NCBI GenBank assembly: GCA_016748015.1
Contig: JAAOMT010000512.1
Coordinates: 1,312,893-1,376,892 of the forward strand
Direction: 5' to 3'
Length of the DNA stretch: 64,000 nucleotides
Source: Geosiphon pyriformis uo1
Taxonomy: Eukaryota; Fungi; Glomeromycota
A program made the position numbers and the translations under genes. The notes under the pieces were generated by a model, which saw only the letters and a program-made list of their open reading frames with translations, ran no database searches and was not told where the DNA came from. Of the stretch, positions 52,115 to 64,000 are shown in pieces (position 1 is the first letter of the stretch; each line of letters begins with the position of its first letter).

Positions 52115-53634
52115 TCAATCCTTATTAATAAGTTGTTGAACCCATACGGTAAGTCGTATAGTGGCAGATGACAAAAAGATTGACCAAAGTACGACACAAA
52201 TAACTTTGAATCGTGATGTATCTGGCACATATATTCTTTTTCGAGGTGTTGTGATGCCAGTACAGTGTGTATCCAGATAAATGTAGAATGAGTAAAGTGA
52301 GTATGTAATGGTATAAGATAATTGGAATGCGTAGAATCTATATTGATATAGTGATGAAATATAGTGATTAAATAATTAATTAAATTTCAAAATTTTAATA
52401 CATGAATTTGATTTCTTTACTTACGCCTTCAGATTATCTACTAAAAGCGTATTTGTAATATTTCCGATAATATGAATAATCGCCGCCAGAATCAATAGTA
52501 TTAAAGGACGTGGATGGTGAACAGACGTCGGGAAAAAATTGTATTGTTCTTCAGGAATTAATTCCCCTAAGGATGAGGATTGTATTTCTCCCTGTTCGCT
52601 GGTAGAAGTAAAGATTGGTAACGATGTGCCGTTCTCTTTGAGATTTTTTTGTGTTCCGTAATATAAACGCGTAAATTGGATTATTAAAGCCCAATCAGAA
52701 CAAAGACCTTTTATACGATAGTGGGTTCATAATTAATTTGAGGGTTCAATTTCATTCAAAATCGACTTAATATAATTCTCACTCACCTTGCCACTTAAAC
52801 CAAAGCCCATCAAAAGGCCAGCTTAAAGTTATACTTAAGATATTCACCAAGATTAAATAGCCAGCTAACAATCCGAAAAAGCCTGCATGACTGGTAACTT
52901 TTCCACCATTGTGCAACACCAACATAATAGCGATCTCGAATACATTGTGTAATGAACCCGTGATCGCCCATAACTTCCCAATATCGAATAAAATATATGT
53001 AACGGAAGCGATAAATGTGATAGACACATATCCGGCCAATAGTCGATTAAATAACGTAGTTGGGAATGCTACTCCATTTTTGGAGAAATAGGAATTTTGG
53101 AGTCCGGAACCCGTTTTTGATGTGTATGAGGTCCATCGAAGGGTGTAATACCCGGAAACTCCCAGGGTTATGAAAGAAAATTCTACAAAGGCTTGATACT
53201 TTTCTGCTTCAAAAGCTAAAACAGGTTTGAATAAAAATTTTCAATTTAATTGGCCTGTATACTTCAAGAAATTTTTCTGACATGGGTTGCAATTAATTAC
53301 TTTTATATGATTTTCAAATTGCAATCTATTAAAGATGCCATCTTTAATTGTGAAGTGCATTTATCTTTGAATTTCAATCCAGAAAACCAATATAATCCAT
53401 TAAAAAAATATACTAATGATCAACTTTTTAAACCGAAATTTCGGCCACTACCCTCGAAAACACTTTTTTTCCTAACAAACCTTTAATAACCGGATGCCAC
53501 GCCGGATAACCAGTTAACTTTGAAGTATCCTGTTCGGGCACGCTCCCCAAATCTTTCGGGAAACTGGCGAATAGTAACACCAACAAAAAAAATATCCCAG
53601 TCACTGCCAAAGTCTTTACCAAGCCTAAACTCAT
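52115..53634 (-). CDS. Uncharacterised multipass membrane protein (about 8-9 hydrophobic segments), about 4 exons
   Basis: Spliced ORF MSLGLVKTLAVTGIFF...WHPVIK|AFEAEKYQ...GSLHNVFEIAIML...DGLWFKWQG|LCSDWALIIQF...AAIIHIIGN...|FYAFQLSY...LINKD*, with GT-AG introns. Confidence 0.8.
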
Positions 53635-54517
53635 ATTTCTTTATCGTTATTCCTCACTCTGTGTTTTTATCAAAAGAAAGGAGGAATATTATTCAAAAAA
53701 CTAAACGTTTAAAGTTGCAAAGTTCAAAGCTTAAGTAACAAAGGCCTTCAGAACAGAAATAAAAAAGGCAGCGCAGTCTAGAAAAAGTGAATTTACACAC
53801 AAATTAAACCTTGTTTCTCGAAATTGTTTTGCATCCGTCATTCTCAATTTAGTTACTTTCTACCCACAAATCATTTCTCAATCATGAAAAAAACAGGTTT
53901 CTTCTCGTTAAACGGCAAATACTTTGTGAGGAAAAAGATCGCTCAATCATGTGATTAATATAGCTACATTTAGATGTAAGAATTCTAAAGCGAAAATTTC
54001 TTATTGCTACTGATAAAGGTATTATTATGTTTCCTATCATATTTTTCGAGGCACCTCTTTTCATCCATACTTTGTATAATCACTGATAATCTTTGACTAC
54101 TTTAATTATAACAAATGAATTTTGGGGGTAAAACAGACCCCGGCAAGGTTAGTCTAGTTTTCGGTTCCTAATCTCCCCGATTGCTTGTGAAATTCATCAA
54201 TGAGATGCCCAATTGGGAAATTTCTTTTCAAGGCCACCGATTCACAGAAAATTTGAAAGGGTATATGATGAATGTAATTTTTACTTTGTTGAAACTATCC
54301 AAGATGCTAACCGATGAATGCTAAAAATACAATATCTACATAATATACTTGATTGCTTCTTAAAATAGTCCTGTTAAAATACTTGCACAATAGTTATATA
54401 TATATCATTTTCCTAAATTCTTAGTATATCCTGTCATATAATCTATTCCCTATAATTTTAAAATTGAGAATTGTCGATTTGCCCTTCTTTCAATCATCCT
54501 TCATCAAAAATTACTAA

Positions 54518-56788
54518 TTAATCACCTCCCATATCTATATCTGTATCTTCACCAAATAAACTTTCCTTTCTGTCATCAAATCCTGCACCCCCACCTAATC
54601 CCACAAAGCCAGATTCATCTTCATCTGGATAATCGTGATCTATCACAATATCCCCACCAAAATACATAGTTTCATCCAGACCTCGCAACCTTGCAACTAC
54701 ATTTTTGGCGACAGGCCTCTTAGCAGGATCCTTATTTAACATTTCCTGCAATAGTTTGACGATCCCTTCAGGTGCCACATCTCCATTCAAAAATCGGTAA
54801 GTTCCTGGTCTTTGGTCACGGGAAAGTGTAGAGGGTGGAAACTCTGCATTATGACTGTCTGCCAAACGCAAACGTTCTTCCCACTCCCAAAATTCTCCTT
54901 TCGATATCCAAACCATCAATTCAACCGGATTACGCATATTACGGAATGGTTCTTTAGCCGTGAATCCAATGATGTATAATGTGACACCTAGCGAATATAT
55001 GTCAACTGGAAATGAGTATGGGAAAGGCGATTGCATCACGAGTTCAGGCTACACATACAGTTTAACCAAATCAAGTTAATCTTCAGTTTGGATATGATAA
55101 AACAACTTTGATAAATTGAAAAAGAACATAATTAATAAATATATACCGGAGAATAAGGTGGCGTACCACGACCTATACCATCTTCCAGGGGTTTTCCCTC
55201 ACTAACGAATAACGCCGCACCAAAATCTGATAACTTTATATCAAGTGCCTCCGTAAGCTAATACCAGAAGAAAAACGTTCAATCGATATCAATTTATTTG
55301 CTTATTAAAAATGTCCCCACAATCAATTAGAATCAAATCACTTGCCAGTATGTTGTGGGGTTTAACGTCATGATGAACTATTCCAACAGCATGAACCCGT
55401 TCAATAGCACTAGCTAGTTGCCTTGCCCATTTCATCCAAAGTTTCCTGCCAATCTTTTGCTTATGCAACTGAACCCAGTCCCACAAACTTCCATTTGCAC
55501 AGTAATTTAAAAGTAAAACTAGCCTTGCGGAAGGATCATCGACAGAAATAGCTGAAACAGTGGATGATGCTGAAAGCGATGCGAGGGACATGGGTGAAGT
55601 TGGCGAATATGATGTTTCATGGTGAGCATTAGGTGGGCCGGATTTCGTTTGAACAGGAAGTAATGATGTTGTAATATCATAAAGAACATTTGGTGCATAG
55701 GTATCAGCTTCATCCTTTATCCCCAAAAAAGCAATAATATTTCGATGCTGACCACCAAGGCACGCAAGTCGTCGTAAAATAAATGCTTCACTAAGACCCA
55801 AAGTTTGCGATTCTGGGGTAGGATTTAATCTTTTTGCTGCACACATTTTTGGTATTGGTGAACTTGGCGTACTAAACTTGGCCTTATAGACTTGTGAATG
55901 TCGCCCTATTCCAAGTAAATTTTTCTGTGTTGGTAATAAAATAAGATTAATCTCATGAGGTCTTGGAAGTGGAGGAAGTGAGGCAGAATCTCTGATCAAA
56001 TCTATTCGAGCTGGTGACGGTGGATATAATGGTGAGTGTACAAATGGTGAGGATATCGAATAAGGTGATGTCTTGATTTTTAGAGGTGGAGAACTGCCGA
56101 CCAATAATGAATCAGTGACTCCAGGAAGTTTTCGAGGTCTTGGTAGATGGGTTTTCGATTTTTTATTAGTGACATTGTCCGAGTTTTGTGAATCGATATC
56201 CTTTAGTACAAAATTGTTGTCGCCTTTGCTAAAATTGGACTTTTCATTTTCAGAAGGTAATGGTCTGATCGAAGGAGGTGGTCTGATAGGTTCATCATCC
56301 ACAAAATTGAAAATATCATTTTTAGATTTTTGACTTGGTTCTATATATGGAGCAGGAGTTGTCCAAGTTTGATTGAAAATGGAATTTTTTGATTTTGGCT
56401 TCGAAGGTGGTGGTGATGATAAGTGCTCCAATTGATCTGAAGAAGATGGCACCACCAATTTGGGACTTTCATAAAATATTGAATCAGAACGAAAACCATT
56501 ATGATCGCGAGAAGGGGATGATAGTTGGGGATCAGGTGGTGGTGAAGGAGATTTATACTGATATTCTTGAAAATGATTCAATAAGCTGCTATTTACGGGA
56601 TCTAAAGCGACGAATGGATCGTATATGAAAGGTGAAATTCCATCATTTGTATTTCCATAAGGATTCTGGTAAGGATCACTATCTCGAGCTCTGGTTGTTC
56701 CTATATTTAGGTCAACGAAAGAACGAGTTCTTGAAAGAGGATGTCCTTCATTTTTGTGCCAACCTGTTGCTTGTGAATGGGCTTCCAT
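54518..56788 (-). CDS. Ser/Thr protein kinase (non-RD) with long Pro/Ser-rich N-terminus, 3 exons
   Basis: LGIGRHSQVY, AAK, HRNIIAFLG, HHDVKPHNIL|...KLSDFG...GTPPYSP|PEL...DIYSLGVTLY...DPAKRP. Confidence 0.93.
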
Positions 56789-57720
56789 TGTATCTTTAAA
56801 CTAGTTGGTTCTGCTTTCTAAAGGTATTTGTTATTTTCCCTTTTTTAACTGAGAATTTGACAAAGAAGGGTAGAAAATTGAATATTAAAGGCTACACGGT
56901 GAAAGAAGTTTATCACAAGCAAACACATACACACCCACGTAAATAAAGGTTGCTCAAAATCAATTATCACAAAAAAAAAGTGAGGTGCGTGCGTAGAAAC
57001 GCGTATATTTATTGTAAGAATTTTTTTTCAAATTGATCAATTTCCAAGTTATTCGACTGACAAACTAATCATGGATCTCCAAATCAAATGAACGTATTTT
57101 GTTAAATAGAAGTACAGAAGGATTCCCAAAAGTGTTTATTTGATGGATTTTTTTTCCCACTACTTGGAATATAAGATTTTTGTCTTGCTCATTTTACGAA
57201 ACAAAAATAAATTAACACATGCCTTTTGCTTCGATGGCAACAAACCAGTTTTTTTTTGAGTGATCGTCCTCTCAATGGCATATCAATTGCTGATCATGTT
57301 TCTTCCTCTGACCCATTGATTGGTCGAAAGTTTGATGAAACGTAATACCTACAAAGCAAAAGACTCTTGACTTCAAACAAATATGATGAATGATGATGGG
57401 ATCCTTCCATTTTTTTGTGCGGATCACCGATGAAAAGATTTGCTTAATAATGCCTATGAATAAAACTATTAATCAGTTGTTTTATCAAAAATAGATAGTT
57501 ATAAATATAGAAAGTCTTAAGACGAATTTCATTCATTAAAGGCTGAAGATATAAGACCATTAAAGTGTAAATCATGCCAGAGAAAATTTTTATATAATCA
57601 AATGCAAAAATAATAATTTAATCTTTTAAAATTAGGATATTAATATTATAAGAGTATTTTTAAATATTCTTATAATAAATATAAATTGAAAAATTGCTTA
57701 GTTTTTAAAAAGCAAAAAGC

Positions 57721-57757
<37 letters not shown>

Positions 57758-58655
57758 ATTTTTTTGATTATATAAAATTTGAGAATAATTTAAAAAATTA
57801 TTTAAAATTTTAAATTATTAATTTATATTAATAAATCAATTTTATTAAATTAAATAAAAATAAAAAACTTAAGATTTTTTGTAAAATAACTAAAAACTTT
57901 ATTTTATTAATGTTTAATTATCATGTCTAAAAAACTATACAAAAAATTAAAATAATTAATGATTAACAAATAATTTTATTCAAAAATAAATTTGTTTTAA
58001 AATATTTAAATAAATATTAATAATGTTAATATTACTATATTATAAATAACTCTTTTTAATTATTTAACTTTAATAAAAAACTATTATATTTATCATATTA
58101 ATTAATAAATAATTTATTATTATTTCAATAAAGATTAAACACATTATTTTTCTATCTTATAAATATATCAAATACATTTAAAAAATAAGTCATTCAAAAA
58201 AATCCAGAAATTTGGCCGATTACATAACTAAATAAAAAAAACAAATGCCTTTTTTCTTTTGCTTCATATCATTTTTTTTAACAATCAATCTCGGTTTTGT
58301 TCTTAAAATCAGTTTAATATATATTCCGCGCGGAATTCTTATTTATTTATCTTTCGCCTCTTTCTTTTTCTTATGGTTTAAAAACATCAAGATTTTTTGC
58401 TTTAGTCATATTTGTTTGAAGATTTTTTTACTTCATGAAAAAATTCTGTTCGAAATCACTTTGCTGTCTTCTTATTGGCTGGATATAATGAAATAGAAAT
58501 ATACATATCAAATAATATACAAAAGTTGTTTGGAAAGAAATGTTAGTAAAGGTTTGTCTGTCTACAAAAAATGGTATCATACAAGTCAGGATAGATTGAA
58601 AGTTGTGAAAAGCTTCAAGCCTGGGCTTTCCGATGCGGAAGTATCCAATATGATT

Positions 58656-60053
58656 TCAGTTAGAGGCTCTCGAGAAATATCCGGTCAAATAACTGGTGAG
58701 ACCAATTGCTTGAGTTTGTCGCCGTCTAAGCTCCTGATCATCTAAGGTTCCATTGCCTGATATATCTTCAGCAGCTTCTCTTTCCACCCTTTCAAAATCC
58801 TGCTCATCTTCTTCAACCTCATAATATACAGGACTCCTACGATTACTATTACTTTTCTTTGGTCTCTTCCGAGTACTTCCGGCGTTGGAATCTGGTGGTG
58901 ATGATCGTCCAGGGGTTGGAGGTGGTGTCGATGACAAAGTTTCAGAGTTCCACTTACTTCTCTCTTGAATTTCTTGTTGAACCTGCTCAAGATTATTCAT
59001 CATCAATTCCACTTGTCTCTTCTGTTCTTGAAGATAAGCTTGCTGTTCACTGATCGGTGCATCAAAAATATCATCCGGTAGAACAGACCCAACAGGATGA
59101 GCCAAATATATTGTAGGTGAAGATGGCTCATTACTTGCAACTGGTTTTTGTGTTGGTGAAAGGTTGGGAGGATAGAAAAGGGATAATAGCTTTGAAGGGA
59201 TAGCTCTGCCTTGCTCCCAATACCCACTAGTTCCCGAGCTATGCGCCATCGTATGAGGGTCAATATAGCTCGATGGGCGACCAGGTTTCTCAGTCGAGTC
59301 AATTTGGGATCCAACTGATTCATTCTGAGCATTATGTCCCTGTGAAATGTTAAGAAAATTACAAATAATTCTGATATCAATTATCAATAGTACAACCAAA
59401 TATTATTGCCTAATTACCTTTAACAAATTATGAACTGCAGTTCCTTGAATTGCCAGAAATCCTTTTTTAGCCCATTCCAAACTAGTCGCTTTGGCTCTCT
59501 CTTGTGCAATCCACAAAGCCGAATCAATTTCTTCTTCATGATCTGCAAAGGTGGGATCAACGACTGAATTATAAAGAACGATGGCTCCCTAGATATCAAT
59601 AGTTTAAATTTAATGGGAGTTTTCAATTGAAAATCTAGATTGATTATAGCAGCGTACCTGCGTCTTGGGTAAAATCAACCAAATTATAAAAATCATTTTA
59701 AGCTCGTAGTAAAATGGGAACCTATGAAAAGAAACAGGTCGTAAGAAATTTAAACAGAAAACATGCTGCGAACAGTAAAAAACGTGAATTGATATACCAA
59801 AATATGAACTTGTCAGTGATTCCTTCAGCAATGATGAACAAAGAGAGTACAATCCAATACATGAGCCATGGGATAGTTTTTGAAATGTTATTAGTTTTTA
59901 TTGCTTTGTAGGAGGCGTAGGCGGGATATAATAGTCCAACGAAGTTCCTGTCGAGATAAATGAATGGAATGTTGAATAAAGAAAAATGAAAAACTAAATC
60001 AGAAAAAAGTAAGATTTTAACCAAATTATAGTGGAGAGTAAATAGCCAAGCAT
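58656..60053 (-). CDS. REEP/Yop1 (TB2/DP1/HVA22) ER-shaping protein with long disordered C-terminus, about 5 exons
   Basis: [13 protein letters not shown]...WLMYWIV...FW|[21 protein letters not shown]|[22 protein letters not shown]. Confidence 0.93.
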
Positions 60054-60226
60054 GATGAGATTTGATTCTAAATAATATAAGTAGATAAAATCTTTGCTAC
60101 CAACAGATGTAAATAAGGGCAATTAAATGAGGTGAAAGTATCTAGGGAGTGTAGAAGAAAGAGAATTTCAGATTGGTATTTAATGACACAGACTCTACTT
60201 TTTAAAATGCTGTTCTTGTACCGCTG

Positions 60227-60232
60227 ACGCGT
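60227..60232. promoter_or_regulatory. ACGCGT (MCB-like) motif in the divergent REEP / Esc2-Rad60 intergenic region
   Basis: The motif is present in a 442-bp divergent promoter; another copy lies at 56999-57004 upstream of the kinase. A single hexamer is weak evidence. Confidence 0.25.
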
Positions 60233-60495
60233 TCCGGAGTTACCTGTTGGGTTGTTGGATGCTAATTACGTAATACATTCAACGCTAAATAAATCATAGA
60301 TTATCTTTCAAGCCTGATTTTATTGCTAATATTTGGCCGATCCTGTGATTGATCACTTGAACAATGTGAAACAGAATGACTCAAAGCGAATAGTCCGTTT
60401 CCAACGTATGAGTCGGTTCATTAGATGTTTTGAATAATGAAGATCAGCTTCTCTTTGATTTTAGACCTTGAAATTTCGCAATTCTTTCGAATAAA

Positions 60496-62394
60496 ATGGT
60501 TTCCTCTGACGAAGAAATTGTTCCCAGACGTCAAACTGTTAAAATAAAACCACGTGTAGTTCCCCCAAAATCACGACGCGTCATTTCCGTATTATCAGAC
60601 CAGGTTTCGAGTTCCCCGCAAGCTTCTACGCAGATAGATTCTAAAAAGACCCGTAAGCGTACCAGCTCTATAGATGATGAGGAAGATTCCTTTTTTACTA
60701 GAAAAATAGTGTTCGTCCCTCGCAATACGCCTTTTTCAAAGACCTGTAAGTTTTATAAATACTTCGTGTTTACGTTGCTCCTTTAAAATTATTCAATTCC
60801 TCGCCTCTTACCCAAATTAAAGGCCCAATAAAAGATTCAGTTGAATTTGAACAGCATGAAGAGAATTGCAATGCAATACCGCATGAACACCGCGGGAATA
60901 AAAAGGGGAAGACTAGGATTGATTGGATGAAACCCAAGGATTCAATTATAGATCTGGATGACCTTATTGATAAATATGTATCGTACGTTATTAAGTCTTG
61001 TTTGGTTTCTTCCGCACCTTTTGTTTCATCCAATTGTTTTATTTATTCTTTATTTAAAGTGATGATGATTCTGACGAAATATCAGAATTATTGGGTAAAG
61101 TAAAAAGGAAAGAAAGCAAGGGGAGTGTGGAGACTGTAGTCGAAGAATTGATCGAAAGAGAATTGACCCCACCCCCAGACCCTGACAGAAATCAATTTCA
61201 ATCAACGATGAATGCGCTACAGTAAGTCCAATTTTGGCTTTATAGAAACATGTACTTTCTACATTTATCAGCTAAATATGATCTTTCTTCTAGACAGACT
61301 TTGACACAGTATTCTGAGAGTTTACGTGCAACAACTATTGCTGATCTTAGTATTCTAGATTCATCAAAAGCTTCTTTTGAAATTGATCTTGATCCTGAAC
61401 TTCGTGCAATTTCCGAAAATACTGCACAATCGTTGCAAATAAAAACAAATCGACCTTTCAATATGCCGGCCAGGAGATCTTTAAATGACAAAGTTGAAAT
61501 ACTTCTAAAAGCTTTACGACACCCCTTGCTCGTTATTACCGAACAAAATCGCGCATTCGTTTCTGATTTCGAAAAACCCATGAAATTTATATTAATGGCT
61601 GTGAGTTGCTTTTCGTTCGTTTGAAAAGGTTTCAATGGTGGATTCTTAAGAGTAACGCCCCTTTTTATAATACAAACATCAAGAGTGATACTTTTGAACA
61701 AATGTTCTCCTATTTTTGTCAAAAGAAATCGATTGGCAAAAATGAATTGGTTGTTACCTTCAACAATATAAAGGTATTTCCTCGTGGAACCCCTATGAGT
61801 TTGAACATCACTGGCGAAGTAGTTATGGGTAAGTATCTCTAATTTAGGGAAATCCTCCACTTTACTATTTTTTCATCCAGTGTTCCGATTATTTTTATCG
61901 CTGCTGAAAATTGGAGACATTTGATTCAATTCAGAGGCATGTACGAAGCAGACACACGAATATATTCGTCAACAGAAAGAAATCCAGCAGCAACAAAAAT
62001 TGAAACAACTGGAACAAATGCTCGTTAAAGAGGAGTTAATGGTAGAAGGGGCTCTGCCTCTTGCAAGTGTCAATGACAATGGTGAAGAGTTTTTACATTT
62101 TAAATTACAGAGTAAAGATGGTTCCATTGAAAAACTTAGGGTCAAAAAGGTAAATTAAAGATCTCGATATTCAATAATTTCTTTTCAAACACTTGTATTT
62201 TGCTCACAATTTCCATCGTTATTTAGACGACAACAGTGCAAGCCATAATCAATAGGTATCGTGAAATAAAACACATTTCGGAAACAGCATTAGTACGACT
62301 AATCTTTGAGGGAGAAAGCTTAGATCCTAGTGATATTCTGGAAAACACAGAGCTAGAGGATGGGGATATGTTATCTGTTAAGGTTGGTCAGTAA
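60496..62394 (+). CDS. Esc2/Rad60/NIP45 (RENi) family protein with tandem SUMO-like domains, multi-exon
   Basis: Disordered acidic/basic N-terminus. SLD1: SDTFEQMFSYFC...VVTFNNIKVFPRGTPMSLNI. SLD2: HFKLQSKDG...LRVKK|TTTVQAIINRYR...RLIFEGESLDPSDILENTELEDGDMLSV; no terminal GG. Confidence 0.85.
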
Positions 62395-62964
62395 TGCATA
62401 AAAGTGATTAGTTTCTAAATTTCATGATCTTCAAGGCTCAGGGTCCTGATTGAAAGGGTTGGTGGTACATGTCATATTGGGATTCATCTTATATTGGATA
62501 TAGCAACTATGGTCGATAATCGCGAGATGATCATACTGAACAATAATTTCCCACTTGTACATATATTTTCTCGGGATCGAAAATTTTGTTATTATTTATT
62601 GGTTCTTAATGAAATCAAAGGTAAGAATCCTTGTTAAAGATTTTTATTCGCTACAAATATCTCGATGTTTTCATTCCCTGAGCTGTAACTCGGAATAGAT
62701 TAGATTTTAATTTGTTCCAAGTCTTCATTTTACAGTTCAATTTTTGAATTAGGGTGAAACAGCTATGTTTTAAAAAGTCAAACAAAACTGTAATTCCAAA
62801 AGGATTTCTAATCAACATGAGTGTTCAAAATACATTTGTTTATTCAAGTCCTTGAGTACCTTTCGAATATTCGCCTTTCTAAAAGAATTCTCGTTTAATT
62901 TATGATTGAAAATATGCTATGTAACTTGGCAAGCTTGTTTCAATCCTGCCACATTATTGTAAAA

Positions 62965-63389
62965 TCACCATAAAGACCACCCACCACCACCACCTCCCTG
63001 CTGTGCTTGTTGCTGCTGTTGTACTGATAACTGTTGTTGTTGCGTTTTCTGAGCCAACGCCTCCCCAACCTTGGTGCTCACCTCGAAAAATTTAGCAGTA
63101 CATCGATCAATGCATACGGATTCACCCTTGTTTAAATCAGCCTCGATGTATTTTGGCGGGATACATTTCTTGTAGCATGAGTCAACGATGCTTGAAATTG
63201 CAATATTCAATTTTCCCAGTGGATGATATGATTTAAGATTGTTTGAATCAGAACCAAATGAGATTCTTTTTGATTTTACCGTTGAAAGGTCTCTGTGACC
63301 ATTTCCAGTTCTTGTTCGGCCATTGCTACTGTTTGTGGATTCACCGTCTGTTGTTGCCCGACACTGCCATATGGTAGAAAATGTGTCAT
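62965..63389 (-). CDS. TIM10: Mitochondrial small Tim chaperone Tim10, 2 exons
   Basis: [14 protein letters not shown]|[35 protein letters not shown] contains the twin CX3C motif. Confidence 0.95.
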
Positions 63390-64000
63390 TTTTATAGAAG
63401 ATAATAGAAGAAAGGGGATTCTAAGAGGGGGTTTTTGTGACTGTTGTTTTTAAGGATCTATGATCGTCACAGCATAAACCTATTTATCAAATGCTTATTT
63501 GGATATTCTCAATTAATAAATTTGATGCCCTAAATCTTATTATTATTAAAATAATTTTACTTGCCAATAAAGTTCAGAAATTTCAAATCCCAAACATTAT
63601 AACGCCAATTTCCTAAAATTGTGAATTATAAAAAAAGGCACATTTTTTAATAGTAACCAAATTTCTTAAGTAGCTTTTTAAAGAATCAATACAAATGATC
63701 CTCCAGGCCCAAGAAAAATAAAATAACTTTTTGGTTAAAATACTTTGTATTTCACTTAAATAATCCGAGAGAATAATAAATTTACTTAATGTCACGCGGA
63801 CTTGGAAAAAAAATAAAACTATACTGCCTCACTTACGTTGAAAAGCATTGTCTACTTTTTTTATAATTAAATGGGCAATTTTAAATGTGAAGTATGAGAC
63901 AGTGAAACTAATTTGCTTTAGTACAATTAAAGCGAATTTCGCATAATTTTTATTCAAATTAGTAGTGGCAGGAGTCTCGATCCATGTTATCGATGCCATC

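Noticed and set aside
61240-61860. 206-aa antisense ORF, and other antisense ORFs over genes and LINEs
   Set aside because: Shadow frames of real plus- or minus-strand coding exons; no independent motifs.

Overview
AT-rich, intron-containing fungal genomic DNA, most consistent with a Glomeromycotina/Mucoromycota fungus. The LINE proteins and lipase-3 gene resemble what I recall from Geosiphon pyriformis; this is recollection, not a search result. Gene islands alternate with extreme AT deserts (often only 2-8 G+C per 60 nt) that look like hypermutated transposon fossils. Genes: Sam37/metaxin, COX4 (COX5B family), a SAM+HMG-box regulator in a ~14 kb CpG-retaining microsatellite-rich noncoding domain, an intronless LCAT-like hydrolase, a class-3 lipase homologue lacking the catalytic Ser, an uncharacterised multipass membrane protein, a non-RD Ser/Thr kinase, REEP/Yop1, Esc2/Rad60 and TIM10. 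Mobile elements: one near full-length degenerate LINE (APE-RT-RNase H-zinc knuckle), one 3'-interrupted LINE, four LINE 3' fragments at different stages of decay, and a Tc1/mariner element with perfect 26-bp TIRs. Most notable observations: (1) a repeat-directed C>T/G>A hypermutation whose surviving cytosines are mostly in ApC context, which does not match canonical CpA RIP; (2) CpG-retaining ~90-110 bp modules repeated in both orientations upstream of the SAM-HMG gene; (3) a conserved hairpin structure in the LINE 3' UTR; (4) a Ser-to-Gly pseudo-lipase.
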